This document shows, in pieces, positions 24,034 to 35,023 of a stretch of 64,000 nucleotides of DNA. Each line of letters opens with the position of its first letter. The first letter of the stretch is position 1. The notes under the pieces were generated by a model, which worked only from the letters and a program-made list of their open reading frames with translations, made no database searches and was not told the DNA's origin. The translations under genes and the position numbers were made by a program. The DNA is from Candidatus Ancaeobacter aquaticus. Lineage in GTDB: Bacteria; Auribacterota; Ancaeobacteria; Ancaeobacterales; Ancaeobacteraceae. The stretch is taken from positions 1 through 64,000 of the forward strand of contig JAVCCP010000056.1 of NCBI GenBank assembly GCA_030765405.1, in the 5' to 3' direction.

Positions 24034-24279
24034 GAGTGACATTGCGTACTTTAAAGACCAAAAAGGGGACAGTGCCCTTTTCCCTGTTCTTATATCGACC
24101 AGACATGTTACGCCCTCAGAAAGCGAAGTAATACCTATAGCGTTTTTTACTCCGACCGCGGAAAGGATCTGACCTTCCATGACCAGCTATATATGGCCGC
24201 TACAAAAAAAACTAAAAACCCAAAGACAAAACGAAGTGTTGTTGTTCACAAAAAAGATAAAACTTTTGAAAATGTTTTT

Positions 24280-24359
24280 CAGATGTTAGCCTCCATACTC
24301 TGCAATACACCCTTCACATAAGCAATGCTTCTTTTAGGATTATCTTTTGATCTGTCTTT
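24280..24359 (-). pseudogene. 3'-end remnant of an unknown gene (KDRSKDNPKRSIAYVKGVLQ...)
   Basis: 46/51 nt identical to 25939-25989 in inverted orientation; in-frame upstream stop and no start codon. Confidence 0.55.
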
Positions 24360-24477
24360 CCCTCTAATTCGTTCCAAACGTGGATTGGAATTAAGTATAG
24401 TAATAAAATAAGTTTAGGGCATGGATTCCCGCTAAAAGACTCCGGGAATGACAATAAAGGATAAAGGGAATTAGTTA

Positions 24478-25772
24478 TCACCGCATAGGCTGTAATTTGG
24501 TATGCTTTTGTTTTTTTAGCCATCCGCCAATCAATCCCAAAAGCCCGATACCGAAAAGCGCGTATGTTGACGGTTCGGGGACGGCGGTGAACGTCAGGTT
24601 GATATCATTACCGACCTCTTCAATGCCAAAAGATCCACCGCCAAGGTCATTTGTAAATGCAAATTTCTCAACATTAAACTTATCAGCAGAAAAACCGGTA
24701 ATTCCGGTAGAAGCAGTTGCTATAACCCATGAATAATCTTGAGAATTATCAAAGTTAGAGGCATCGACTCCCATCGTTGATAGCATAAGCATAAATTCTT
24801 CGAAAGGCTCGGAAGTCGCTGTTATATTAAGCCCACCCGTAATATCAAGCCAATCCCATCCAGGATCATCCCCTTTTGTGCCTATAGCATCATTAATCGT
24901 GTACCCGCTTTCCCACGTAGTAGGGCCGGCATTAAGCGTGCCAGGACTCAATCCCGGAGAAAAAGTACCGTCGTCTGCCACCGTAAGATTAAAAACAGTT
25001 CCCGAACCAATGAGTTTGCCGCCATCGTTGATTGTAGCAGCACTATTTGCAATGCTACCGGTCACAGAGAGTGTGTCTGCATTAATCGTTGTTTCTCCCG
25101 AATAAGTATTCGCACCTGAAAGCGTCATCGTTCCTGAACCGCTTTTACTAAAACTCCCTGTCCCGCTCATGATACCGCTATATGCTGTACTAGAATCATC
25201 TCCCCCTGCAGTCAAATCACTGCTTAATGTCACATTTCCCGCGCCTGCAAGCGATTCTATCGTGTCATCATATCCTGCCATATCAAGCACCTTCCCTGAC
25301 TAAACACTCACTGCAGTAGTATTTGAAAGCGCATTATCAACCCCATATTGTAATGTTCCATCACTTACTGTTGTCGCACCAGTATAGGTATTTACCCCTG
25401 ATAACGTCGTTGTTCCTGAACCTGCGTTGGTAATAGATCCTATACCGCTTACCTCTCCCATTAATATAAAATCCCCAATACCATTAAGTGTAAGATTGTT
25501 TCCATTCGTATCTATAGCGCTTATTTCAAGATAACCACTACCATGATCACTACTCCATGTTTGTTCTGCTCCAAGTTTTAAGGGATAAGAAAATGTAGAG
25601 GCATAGCCATAGAACCTTGCTACACCACTATTTATTGTTAAAATCGCGCTGCCATTAACAGTGAAATCTCCCGGTCTATAAAAAGTTACACTTCCTATCC
25701 ATACAAATCAGAAGATATAAAACCGCCAGTAAAAATTATCGCACTGATCAAATAAATAAGTTTTTTAAACAT
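24478..25772 (-). pseudogene. Disrupted PEP-CTERM protein with autotransporter-associated beta-strand repeats
   Basis: ATG 25772 opens a signal-peptide-like leader that ends at TAG 25697-25695 (frame change). The repeat frame (GSGTTTLSGVNTYTGATTVSDGTL) is broken by an in-frame TAG at 25302-25300 and then continues to VPEPSTYALFG + basic tail. Confidence 0.8.
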
Positions 25773-25887
25773 AAGACCCTTTCTTTTTTTGAAATATTTA
25801 TGTATATTGTGATAATATATAAATTATAGGAAATGTAAATAAATTGTAAAAAGTGTATTCAATGGGGAGTACTTCAGATTTACTAAG

Positions 25888-26013
25888 ATGATAGATGAAT
25901 ATGGGATTGATAAAGTGAAATGTGCTTTTAACAAGATAAAAGACAGATCAAAGGATAACCCTAAAAGAAGTATTGCTTATGTGAAAGGCATCTTGAAAAG
26001 TATCGGATTGTGA
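25888..26013 (+). pseudogene. 41-aa ORF or gene-end remnant (helical, DnaD-like YVKGIL end)
   Basis: MIDEYGIDKVKCAFNKIKDRSKDNPKRSIAYVKGILKSIGL; homologous to the remnant at 24280-24359. Confidence 0.45.
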
Positions 26014-26101
26014 AAGGCGAAATAATTCACAATTCAAGACACTAAAAAATTGAAAAGAAATTACGGGCGTGGTATTGGTATTGATAACTTAAGAGAGAGA
26101 C

Positions 26102-26932
26102 ATGAACAATAGACCTATCGGTGTATTTGATTCGGGAGTGGGAGGATTGAGTCTTGTTACGGAGATTTCAAATCAATTACCAAAAGAAAGTGTTGTTTTC
26201 TTTGCAGATTCCCAACATCAGCCTTTTGGTGAAAAATCAACAGATGAGGTTATTACCTATTCACTGAATATTGCTGAAGTGCTTGTAGCTAAGGGTGTAA
26301 AAGCACTGGTTATAGCATGCAGTACTGCCAGTGCCGTTGCACTAAAGACAATCAGTGAAAAGTATTCTATCCCTGTTGTCGGTATTTTTACTGAACACCT
26401 TTTTCGGGATGTAATATCTCTTACACGAAACAAAAAAGTGAGTATCATATCCACAAAGTTGACTGCAAAAAGTGAGTTTCTAAAAAATGCATTGTGCCAG
26501 ATTGATCCTTCAATCAATGTTTTGTCTGTTCCCTGTTCAAGACTGGTAAATATGATTTCCGAAGGGGATATATTCACCAACCAGATTATTAAATGTATAA
26601 GCGACTATGTGTGCCCGCTCATGGAGCAGGGGGCAGATACACTTGTTCTGGGATGTACTCATTTTAATTTTATAAAAGATTTAGTGGCCCATATAGTCGG
26701 GGAAAAGATGAAAATTGCATACCCTCCATATTCATCGATTGCAACACTGGCAACAATATTAAAAGAGCATACATTAGAATGTTTTCCTTCTAATGATCCA
26801 ACATTTGATTTATTTGCCACAGGAGATGTCGATGCTTTCACTTCTTTAGTTAAAAAACTGTGGAAATCTTCCATCTATAATGGGATTAATAAATATACGT
26901 GGCCGGAACAGAAAGAAATTGTACATTTCTAA
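26102..26932 (+). CDS. murI: Glutamate racemase
   Basis: PIGVFDSGVGGLS, IACSTAS, LGCTH (both catalytic Cys present). Confidence 0.95.
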   Translation: MNNRPIGVFDSGVGGLSLVTEISNQLPKESVVFFADSQHQPFGEKSTDEVITYSLNIAEVLVAKGVKALVIACSTASAVALKTISEKYSIPVVGIFTEHLFRDVISLTRNKKVSIISTKLTAKSEFLKNALCQIDPSINVLSVPCSRLVNMISEGDIFTNQIIKCISDYVCPLMEQGADTLVLGCTHFNFIKDLVAHIVGEKMKIAYPPYSSIATLATILKEHTLECFPSNDPTFDLFATGDVDAFTSLVKKLWKSSIYNGINKYTWPEQKEIVHF

Positions 26933-27811
26933 ATGAAAGTGAGAATGTGTATGACAATAATAAAGTTTTTTAAGATATTATACAAAGAGTTTAATCGGCA
27001 CAATTGTATGCAGCGTGCTTCCGCAATGGCTTTTGCAATGCTTTTTTCTCTGGTGCCGTTAATTGCGGTAACCTTTTCCTTATTTGCGAGCTTTGCGCAG
27101 ATCAATGAAATAAAAGATAAGATTCAGGCAAAGATCCTTATGCATTTTTTGCCGAATGTCGGGGAGAAGATCGGCCATCTCATTTCGAGTTATATTGATC
27201 AATTTGCGACAAACATAAAAGCGGTAAGCATTATTGGAGTAATAGGTGTGGCCATAATATCTCTCGCACTCTTTAATATTGTCGAAGATTCATTTAATCA
27301 TATATGGGGAGTGAAGGAAAAGAGAACTATCATGCAGAGGTATAACGCCTATGCTGGTATCTTGCTTGGCCTGCCTCTTTTGATCGGTTTATCATTTTAT
27401 ATTACCTCGAGCTTCAAGATACAACTTATGAGTATTGACCATAGTTTTATGTTTATACAGAAGATCTATTATGTCACGCTTCCATTTATTTTTTCGTGTT
27501 TGGCGTTTGTTTTATCGTATAAGATCATTCCGAATACGAATGTGCGCTGGAGTGCAGCTATAGTTGGTGGACTTATTGGTGGGATATTGTGGGAGATAGC
27601 GAAGGTAGCGTTCGGATATTATACGACACATTTTCTCTACTACAATATTGTGTACGGATCACTCAGTACCGTTCCACTTTTTCTTGCGTGGCTTTTTATT
27701 ACCTGGTTGATAGTCTTGATTGGGATAGAGATATCGTATTGTTTTCAAAACTACAAAGAATTATCTGGGACATGTTGCGAGGATCATGCCGTTGAAGCAA
27801 AACAAGATTAA
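26933..27811 (+). CDS. YihY/virulence factor BrkB family membrane protein
   Basis: RASAMAF..LFSLVP, AFNHIWG-like motif, IPNTNVRW, YGSLSTVP..LAWL. Confidence 0.9.
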   Translation: MKVRMCMTIIKFFKILYKEFNRHNCMQRASAMAFAMLFSLVPLIAVTFSLFASFAQINEIKDKIQAKILMHFLPNVGEKIGHLISSYIDQFATNIKAVSIIGVIGVAIISLALFNIVEDSFNHIWGVKEKRTIMQRYNAYAGILLGLPLLIGLSFYITSSFKIQLMSIDHSFMFIQKIYYVTLPFIFSCLAFVLSYKIIPNTNVRWSAAIVGGLIGGILWEIAKVAFGYYTTHFLYYNIVYGSLSTVPLFLAWLFITWLIVLIGIEISYCFQNYKELSGTCCEDHAVEAKQD

Positions 27812-27854
27812 TATTTCATCAAGCTATTAACAACAAACGATAGTAGGAGGATGT

Positions 27855-30431
27855 ATGAAAAAGAAATTTTTTGTTTCTCTCTTAGTAATATGTGTTGTAT
27901 TTATTGTATTGATATTTACCCTTCCGTTATTTATAGATGTAAATCATTATAAAGGTGTCATCATTGAAAAAGCCCAGAAGGCTTTACAGAAAAAGATTGA
28001 ATTAGGGAATCTGAAGCTTAATCTTATAGGTGGGGTAGGTGTATCAACGAATGAAGTGAAGATATATGAAGGATTGAGTGATTCAAGCAAGGTGTTCTTT
28101 TCCTGTGACGCATTTACTATACGAGTAAAGATCTTGCCGTTACTTTCAAAAAAGATCGAGGTGTCCAAGATATATTTTGATAAACCGTACGTGTCTGTTA
28201 TACGAGACAAAAACGGTGATTTTAATTTCATGCCTGCACCGACTCAAAGAGTTAAGGCGGCTAAAAGAATCCTGTCTCCCGAGGTAGAAAAAGGTAAAAC
28301 TTTACCAAAGCGTATTCCTCCAGCAATACCTGCTCCCGTGCCAGGTCCTGAAAGGCAAGAGCGTAAAAACCCACAGTTTGAGCTAGGGAGCCTCATTATA
28401 AACGATGGACACGTCGTATTTATCGATCACATGATGAAAGAAAAAGTGACCATAGACCTATCAAATCTCGATGCGACAATAGCTGGTGTGAGAGTCGGTG
28501 GGCGAATCAATATTAAAATGGCTGGAGAACTCAATAAAACTGGGAGCATTGCGTTTTCAGCAACGGTAGGAGCAATTCCCGCTGGATTTGATATATTGTC
28601 ACATCTAGACAAATTATCTTTTACAATTAATGGTAACATTGATAACTGTGATATTACGCCGCTTATGAGTTATGTTTCTTCTTCTGATGATATTCCGAAG
28701 ATAAAAGGTCCGGTATCTCTCACATTTCTTCTCAAAGGGAAACATGATGATATATATATTAAATCAAAGACAGATATGACCAATGCTTCAGTACTCTATC
28801 AAGACCTATTTGAAAAAACGAAGGGAAAGGCCCTTACAAGCAATCTGGAAGGACGTATTAAAGAAAGTAAAGATATTGCTATTGACCAGTTGCATTTACT
28901 CTATGGAGACACAAAGCTTTCTGTACAGGGTTCGGTTAATGATTTTAATGTACAGGAGAAAATGCGCCTTGATCTGAATGTGAACGGAAAGATCATGATG
29001 AAAGATCTAATATCTTTAAAGGAACTAAAAGGGTATTCACCAACAGGTGCTATTAATGTGAAACTTGATGTAAAGGGTGAGGTAGCGGGGACAAAGAAGC
29101 TTGATACCCAAGGGTTTATTCAATGCGATCAGGTAAGGTTTGCAACACCGCTTAATCCGAGTGTTCATGCGGTTTTAAATGGAAGATTGAAGATTCATGC
29201 CGAACGTATTGATTTTGAAGAAGTACAGGTAACCGTCGAAAAATCAAAACTCTTTATGAATGGTTTTATTGATGGTTTTGATGCTCCGCGAGCAGAATTT
29301 GATGTTAAGGTTAAAGAATGTTATCTCGAGGAGATTATGCTCTTTTTGCCCGAGAAAAATGCAAGCAGCCAAAATAGGCCACGTGTGATACCTCGAGGCG
29401 AAAAGGTAGTCACGCCAGAGGCGAGCCCCTCTAAAAAAGTAGAAATCACCAATAGAAGTGAAGCACCGGTTGTTATGGCAGAGCGTCCAACTGCGCTATC
29501 AAGTGATCAAAAACTGTTTGAAAAGATGGATGTAAAAGCTCGATTTCATGCCGACAGGCTTATATATAAGAAAAACGACATTAAAGATGTCAATGCCCAG
29601 ATGCTGATTAAAAACGGGATCTTGACCATTAACCCTTTTAATCTTGTGGGTTTTGATGGTACGGGTGAAGGGCAGGTAGTCTATCACGCGGCAAGCCCGC
29701 TTAATGAATTTAAAATGAAGGCCCAGCTTAAAGATGTAGATATACACGATATATTGAAGAAAAATTCTAAACTGGGGGATGTTCTTTACGGTAGACTTGA
29801 TGCGGTTTTGGATTTAACGGGAAGCGGCGCAACAGAAGCACAGATAAAAGATAACGTTAATGGTAACGGAAAACTGCATATTCGTGAAGGGCGTTTTAAA
29901 TCGTTTAATTTGTTAGAGAATTTATCGGTCATCTCCGGTATTGTTGGATTAAATCTCCCTGATATAAAAGACACTTCTTTTAAAGATCTGACATTAACGC
30001 TTACAATTACTAATGGTGTTTGTAGAACAAATGATCTTAAAATGAAAACGCAATATTTTGATCTGTTTGGATCGGGGTATTTTACTTTAAACAACCAGAT
30101 TCGATATGATCTTGATGTCGTTTTTTCTGAAGCATTTACGAAACGTCTTGGCAGTGGAAAACTTCAGCGGGCGTTAACACGCTCTGACGGTAGGATATCA
30201 ATGCCGTTTCTGATAACCGGTGCTCTTGATGGTCCGCCTAAATTTACCCCTAATTGGGGTAACATCCTTCAGCGTGAAGCGGTCCAGCTGCTCTCTGATA
30301 AAGTTTTCGGGAAGGAAGAGAAAAAGGAAACAGTTCCTGGTCAGCCTCCGTCAACAAAAGATACATTAAAGGGCATGCTGATGGACGTGATTTCTGATTC
30401 CTTGGAGAATAAAAGCACTCAAGAGCAATAA
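27855..30431 (+). CDS. AsmA-family protein
   Basis: N-terminal TM, LP.FIDVNHYK, beta-rich repeats, C-terminal GNGKLHIREG and P..ITG.L..P. Confidence 0.85.
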   Translation: MKKKFFVSLLVICVVFIVLIFTLPLFIDVNHYKGVIIEKAQKALQKKIELGNLKLNLIGGVGVSTNEVKIYEGLSDSSKVFFSCDAFTIRVKILPLLSKKIEVSKIYFDKPYVSVIRDKNGDFNFMPAPTQRVKAAKRILSPEVEKGKTLPKRIPPAIPAPVPGPERQERKNPQFELGSLIINDGHVVFIDHMMKEKVTIDLSNLDATIAGVRVGGRINIKMAGELNKTGSIAFSATVGAIPAGFDILSHLDKLSFTINGNIDNCDITPLMSYVSSSDDIPKIKGPVSLTFLLKGKHDDIYIKSKTDMTNASVLYQDLFEKTKGKALTSNLEGRIKESKDIAIDQLHLLYGDTKLSVQGSVNDFNVQEKMRLDLNVNGKIMMKDLISLKELKGYSPTGAINVKLDVKGEVAGTKKLDTQGFIQCDQVRFATPLNPSVHAVLNGRLKIHAERIDFEEVQVTVEKSKLFMNGFIDGFDAPRAEFDVKVKECYLEEIMLFLPEKNASSQNRPRVIPRGEKVVTPEASPSKKVEITNRSEAPVVMAERPTALSSDQKLFEKMDVKARFHADRLIYKKNDIKDVNAQMLIKNGILTINPFNLVGFDGTGEGQVVYHAASPLNEFKMKAQLKDVDIHDILKKNSKLGDVLYGRLDAVLDLTGSGATEAQIKDNVNGNGKLHIREGRFKSFNLLENLSVISGIVGLNLPDIKDTSFKDLTLTLTITNGVCRTNDLKMKTQYFDLFGSGYFTLNNQIRYDLDVVFSEAFTKRLGSGKLQRALTRSDGRISMPFLITGALDGPPKFTPNWGNILQREAVQLLSDKVFGKEEKKETVPGQPPSTKDTLKGMLMDVISDSLENKSTQEQ

Positions 30432-30444
30432 GGGAAAAACATAA

Positions 30445-30474
30445 TGAGAAGAGAACTATAATGTTCTCTTCTCA
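30445..30474. terminator. Bidirectional terminator-like hairpin between convergent genes
   Basis: Perfect 12-bp stem TGAGAAGAGAAC/GTTCTCTTCTCA with a 6-nt loop. Confidence 0.65.
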
Positions 30475-31799
30475 AAATATTCAGGAAGAAACTTCTTTCC
30501 AAACGCAGTCATCTCATTATTTGATATAGATGTTGTTCGTTGCGATTCATATTCTTTATCAATTGCTTTTTTCATCAAAAGGATGCCTGGATTATTCTTG
30601 TCGATTAAGTCCATTCCTTTAAGATCAAGGTGTGCATTTATCCAATGCGCGATCCCTGCTGCACCAGATTTATCTGTTATGGCAATGCCAATATCTCTTT
30701 TTAGTATCTTTGATGTATTAAAAATATTATAGATCTCTTCATTTTTTAGTATCCCGTCAGCATGAATGCCCGCGCGTGTAATATTGAAATCAGACCCAAC
30801 AAAAGGAAAATTCGAAGGGATAGTAACCCCAAGCTTTTTAGTGAAATAATCAGCTATCTCTGTAATAACAGTCGTATTAATACCTTTATTACCTTTAATC
30901 GATATGTAATCTATTATGAGTCCTTCAACAGGAGAGTTTCCTGTTCGTTCACCAAAACCAAGGAGTGTTCCGTTAACTGCGGAGCATCCGTAGAGCCATG
31001 CAGTAGTCGCATTTATCAGAACCTTATGAAAATCGTTATGTCCATGCCATTCAAGCTGTTCGGAGGGAACGCCTCCGTCATGAATGAGCCCATGAATGAT
31101 TTTTGGTATACTTCTCGGTAAAGTCGCATTTGCGTACGGGACACCGTAGCCCATAGTATCGCATGCCCGCACTTTTATTGGTGTTTTATATTCGTCTGAC
31201 AGTTTCATGAGTTCTTGGACAAATGGTATAGCAAAACCGTAAAAGTCTGCTCGTGTGATATCCTCAAGGTGACAACGAGGGATAACTCCAATATCTAATG
31301 CTGCTTTTACAACATCAAGATACCCTTCCATTACCTTCTTTCTGTTGCTTTTAAGCTTGAGAAAGATGTGATAATCTGATGCTGACGTTAAAATGCCGGT
31401 TTCTTTTAATCCCATGTCTTTTACGAGCTGGAAATCTGATTTAACCGCACGTATCCAACCAGTGATTTCGGGGTAACGATATCCTTTTTCCAAACATTTT
31501 TCTATAGCTTCTTTATCTTTCTTAGTGTAGAGAAAGAACTCAGTTTGTTTGATAACTCCATAAGGACCACTTAATTTATGGAGAAACTCGTATATTTGAA
31601 CGACCTGTTCTACTGTATAGGGAGGACGGGACTGCTGTCCGTCACGTAATGTTGTATCAGTTATCCAGATATCTTGAGGTGTATCTAGAGGAACAGTTGC
31701 GTCCTCAAAAGTCATTTTTGGTACATCGTGATAGGGGAACAATTCCCGCATAAGATTCGGTTCGGTCACATTTTCTAATTCGTATTTTTTCTGATTCAT
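30456..31799 (-). CDS. DRE-TIM metallolyase, Re-citrate synthase-like (IPMS/homocitrate synthase family)
   Basis: WITDTTLRDGQQ, HLEDITRAD, EWHGHND, GFGERTGN, AGIHADG; no IPMS regulatory domain. Confidence 0.8.
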   Translation of the reverse strand: MNQKKYELENVTEPNLMRELFPYHDVPKMTFEDATVPLDTPQDIWITDTTLRDGQQSRPPYTVEQVVQIYEFLHKLSGPYGVIKQTEFFLYTKKDKEAIEKCLEKGYRYPEITGWIRAVKSDFQLVKDMGLKETGILTSASDYHIFLKLKSNRKKVMEGYLDVVKAALDIGVIPRCHLEDITRADFYGFAIPFVQELMKLSDEYKTPIKVRACDTMGYGVPYANATLPRSIPKIIHGLIHDGGVPSEQLEWHGHNDFHKVLINATTAWLYGCSAVNGTLLGFGERTGNSPVEGLIIDYISIKGNKGINTTVITEIADYFTKKLGVTIPSNFPFVGSDFNITRAGIHADGILKNEEIYNIFNTSKILKRDIGIAITDKSGAAGIAHWINAHLDLKGMDLIDKNNPGILLMKKAIDKEYESQRTTSISNNEMTAFGKKFLPEYFEKRTL

Positions 31800-32088
31800 A
31801 GTATCCTCCTTAGTTGATAAGCCCCTAAACTATCAGAATAAGAGTAAATGTCAATAATAAATTTAGCGATGTATTATTTTATACAGCTTGAATAGGTTAA
31901 GAATTCGCAGTGAAGATAATTAATTCTTTATGTTAAAAGAGATATCCTTTCAATGTGTATCTGTATCACTCTTGCAATCAACGACTTAAGTGTTATACTC
32001 TTGAAAAATACAAGAAGATGTAATATAATTATGATATAACTTTGATACAGTACACGTATGAGTGTGTTCATAGATAAGGAGGCGGCTA

Positions 32089-34116
32089 GTGATTCATTTT
32101 AAAAAGAATGTATGTAGAGATTTCCATAATGCGACCCAGTATGAGTGGATTGAAACAAATGGCAAAGGAAGCTATGCCTCCTCAACTATTATTGGGGCTA
32201 ATACAAGACGGTATCATGGATTACTTGTTTCTGCAACGAATCAGCCAAGCGGCCGTATGTTGCTTTTATCAAAAGTTGAGGAAACATTAATTATTGATGG
32301 TGAAAAATACGAATTATCGGCAAATCAATATCCTGACACAATTCATCCGCAAGGAAACCTGTACCTTAAAGAGTTTCGATTGATTCCGTTCCCAAAGTTC
32401 ATTTATGAAGTCAAAGGGATAATGGTCGAAAAAACAATAATGATGGTTCATGGGGCGGATACCTCAATAGTGAGCTATAACTTTTTTCTAGGGACAAGTG
32501 CCGCTCAGGAAATATCGCTGCAGGTGCGTCCACTGGTGAATTTCAGGGATTACCACGCGTTAACTGAATATGAAGAAAATCTTCGCTGTGACTGTGAAGT
32601 GTATGAAGGCGCGATAAAGCTGACCCCCCATTCAAATATTCCTTCATTATATCTCTACCATAATGCGGCAAGTTTTAATCATGATAAGTGTTTCTATAGG
32701 AATATGGAGTATCAGGAAGAGGCATATCGTGGATTTGATTGCCATGAGATAGTCTATAATCCTGGTTATTTTGTCTACAATGTTGAGGATGGTGATAATT
32801 GTGTTTTTGTGGCGTCAACAGAATTGTATGACGAAATAGATACAATGGAGCTTATGCAAAAAGAAATAAGCAGACGGAGCATGCTCTTAAGAGGTGTTAA
32901 TCATAACAATACAAAATTAGATCCATTACTATTAGCAGCAGATTCATTTATATGTGAGGGAATGAAGAAAAATTCATTAATGATTGTTGGTGGGTACCAT
33001 TGGTTTAATGTATGGGGAAGAGATGTGCTTGTGTCGATTCCAGGTCTTACTCTGGTCAATGGGCGCTATGAATATGCCGAAAGGATACTCATTACAGTGA
33101 TGGACTATCTTAATAAGGGAATGTTACCGAATTGCCTTCTTGAGGATAGTAATGAACCTCAATACAACTCAGCAGATACATCGTTGTGGTATTTTTATGC
33201 GGTGCACAAATATCTTGAGTATACCGGTGATTACATTTTTGTGGAGAAAATGTGTGTTTCCGGAATGAATAAGATACTCCATCATTATAGTTCCGGGGTG
33301 CAGCATGGCATTCATGAAGATAAGGATGGGCTTATTACTTTTTCGTCAGGGGATACCCCAATAACCTGGATGGACGTGAAGATCCAAGGGCGCCACGCAA
33401 TATCTCGGCAAGGTAAGGTAGTTGAGGTTAACGCGCTGTGGTATAACGCACTTAAAATCATGGCGAATATATGTAAAAAATTACATCGTAAAAAAGAGGA
33501 AGAAATATATTCGCAAAAAGCCGATAAAGTAAAAAAGAGTTTTCAAAAAGTATTTTGGAATAAAAAAGACAGCTGTTTATTTGATTATGTTGATGGAGGA
33601 AATTCTTCATCTGCAATAAGGCCGAACCAGATCTTTGCAGTAAGTTTACCGTATTCGGTAGTCTCCAAGGCGGCTGAAAAACAAATACTACATGTAGTCG
33701 AGGATGAACTGTTGACTCCTTATGGTTTGAGGACACTTTCTCCGAGAGATTCGAAGTATAAAGGGGTATACAGAGGAGGCGTAGATGTTCGTGATAATGC
33801 GTATCATCAGGGTACGGTATGGGCATGGACGATTGGTTCATATGTTGACGCGTACATGAGGGTAAATGGTATAAATGCCGCTAGCACGGAACACATTAAG
33901 AAGCTTATGGCGCCATTTATTGATCATCTTCATTGTGCAGGGTTAGGAACAATATCTGAAATTTTTGATGGAACGGTTCCGCACCATCCGAGAGGGTGTA
34001 TCTCTCAAGCATGGAGTGTTGCTGAAATAATGAGGGTGTATTTTGAGTATATTGTGGATGTAAGAAATAAATCAAAGGAAACAGACGCTACCGCGCATTT
34101 CACAAAAAGATTTTAA
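32089..34116 (+). CDS. Amylo-alpha-1,6-glucosidase (glycogen debranching enzyme)
   Basis: EWIETNG.G.YAS, RRYHGLL, GYHWF..WGRD, TWMD, RPNQIFA, YHQGTVW, QAWSVAE. Confidence 0.95.
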   Translation: MIHFKKNVCRDFHNATQYEWIETNGKGSYASSTIIGANTRRYHGLLVSATNQPSGRMLLLSKVEETLIIDGEKYELSANQYPDTIHPQGNLYLKEFRLIPFPKFIYEVKGIMVEKTIMMVHGADTSIVSYNFFLGTSAAQEISLQVRPLVNFRDYHALTEYEENLRCDCEVYEGAIKLTPHSNIPSLYLYHNAASFNHDKCFYRNMEYQEEAYRGFDCHEIVYNPGYFVYNVEDGDNCVFVASTELYDEIDTMELMQKEISRRSMLLRGVNHNNTKLDPLLLAADSFICEGMKKNSLMIVGGYHWFNVWGRDVLVSIPGLTLVNGRYEYAERILITVMDYLNKGMLPNCLLEDSNEPQYNSADTSLWYFYAVHKYLEYTGDYIFVEKMCVSGMNKILHHYSSGVQHGIHEDKDGLITFSSGDTPITWMDVKIQGRHAISRQGKVVEVNALWYNALKIMANICKKLHRKKEEEIYSQKADKVKKSFQKVFWNKKDSCLFDYVDGGNSSSAIRPNQIFAVSLPYSVVSKAAEKQILHVVEDELLTPYGLRTLSPRDSKYKGVYRGGVDVRDNAYHQGTVWAWTIGSYVDAYMRVNGINAASTEHIKKLMAPFIDHLHCAGLGTISEIFDGTVPHHPRGCISQAWSVAEIMRVYFEYIVDVRNKSKETDATAHFTKRF

Positions 34117-34136
34117 TTGTGTCTGAGTCAAGAGGT

Positions 34137-34697
34137 TTACAGAAGAAATACTGCAGCTGCAAGAACTGTTGTATATCCTTTTTTACCTTTGGCTGTTTGA
34201 GTGATATTTGTCGTTCGAACAATTTTATCGCTCATTCGATACACTTCTTCTTTTTCATCCCAGTTTTTATCTTCATCGAATTCAATGCCGAGTGTGGAAG
34301 CAAGCATTGAGGCGGCAAGGTCTTCTGCATAATCCCCCGCCATTTTCTCTGTTTGGCCCCAGGCATGGTGTTCGCTGAGATATCCGTACATAGATTTGTC
34401 CGACGGTGCGGCGACGCCAACTGAAGCGGATAGAACCCGGTGAGGTTCATTACTTGAACATTTGCTGCATACGGTAAACGTTATCATTCCCGGAGCAATT
34501 TCCTTTAATCCTTTGTTGCGCGGTATGATCTTACAATGAGGAGGCAGTATGCTTGATACCGTTACGAGATTGCATTTTTCGATGCCCGCATCTCTTAATG
34601 CAAGCTCAAATGAACGAAGTTCTTCTTTATGGCTGCCTACTCCTTTTGTGAGGAACACTTTTTTTGGAACTATATTATGTATTTGCATCGAATGCAC
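34137..34697 (-). CDS. pdaD: Pyruvoyl-dependent arginine decarboxylase
   Basis: [22 protein letters not shown] self-cleavage site, [16 protein letters not shown]. Confidence 0.9.
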   Translation of the reverse strand: MHSMQIHNIVPKKVFLTKGVGSHKEELRSFELALRDAGIEKCNLVTVSSILPPHCKIIPRNKGLKEIAPGMITFTVCSKCSSNEPHRVLSASVGVAAPSDKSMYGYLSEHHAWGQTEKMAGDYAEDLAASMLASTLGIEFDEDKNWDEKEEVYRMSDKIVRTTNITQTAKGKKGYTTVLAAAVFLL

Positions 34698-34739
34698 TCC
34701 TTGTTGTAGTGAAAGTTTGTTATTAGGTAACGAAAGTTC

Positions 34740-34949
34740 TTACGCGTAATCCTCTTTATCTTGTTCTTGTTTATCATAATCGCCGCGGCTAGATTCTAAA
34801 TCGTTATCGAATTCATCTTCGTAATCCGGACTGACGCCACCTTGTCTAAATGGGCAATCTTCATAATCTTGACAGCTTGCACAGCAGTTTTCATTGTTTG
34901 GACTATAATCTTCGCAATCTTCACAATAATCACAATAATGACAGCACAT
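34740..34949 (-). CDS. Cys-rich / acidic 69-aa microprotein
   Basis: RBS GGAGGA; MCCHYCDYCEDC...CCASCQDYEDCP followed by a D/E-rich tail. Confidence 0.65.
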   Translation of the reverse strand: MCCHYCDYCEDCEDYSPNNENCCASCQDYEDCPFRQGGVSPDYEDEFDNDLESSRGDYDKQEQDKEDYA

Positions 34950-35023
34950 AATTAATCCTCCAGTATATTGCTTTTAATACACAAAGAGATTAAAAAATTA
35001 TTCAAAGGAAATGTCAATAAAAT

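Noticed and set aside
25300..25302. Pyrrolysine or read-through at the in-frame TAG
   Set aside because: The same gene also has a frameshift near its 5' end and no pyl genes are visible; decay is the simpler explanation.
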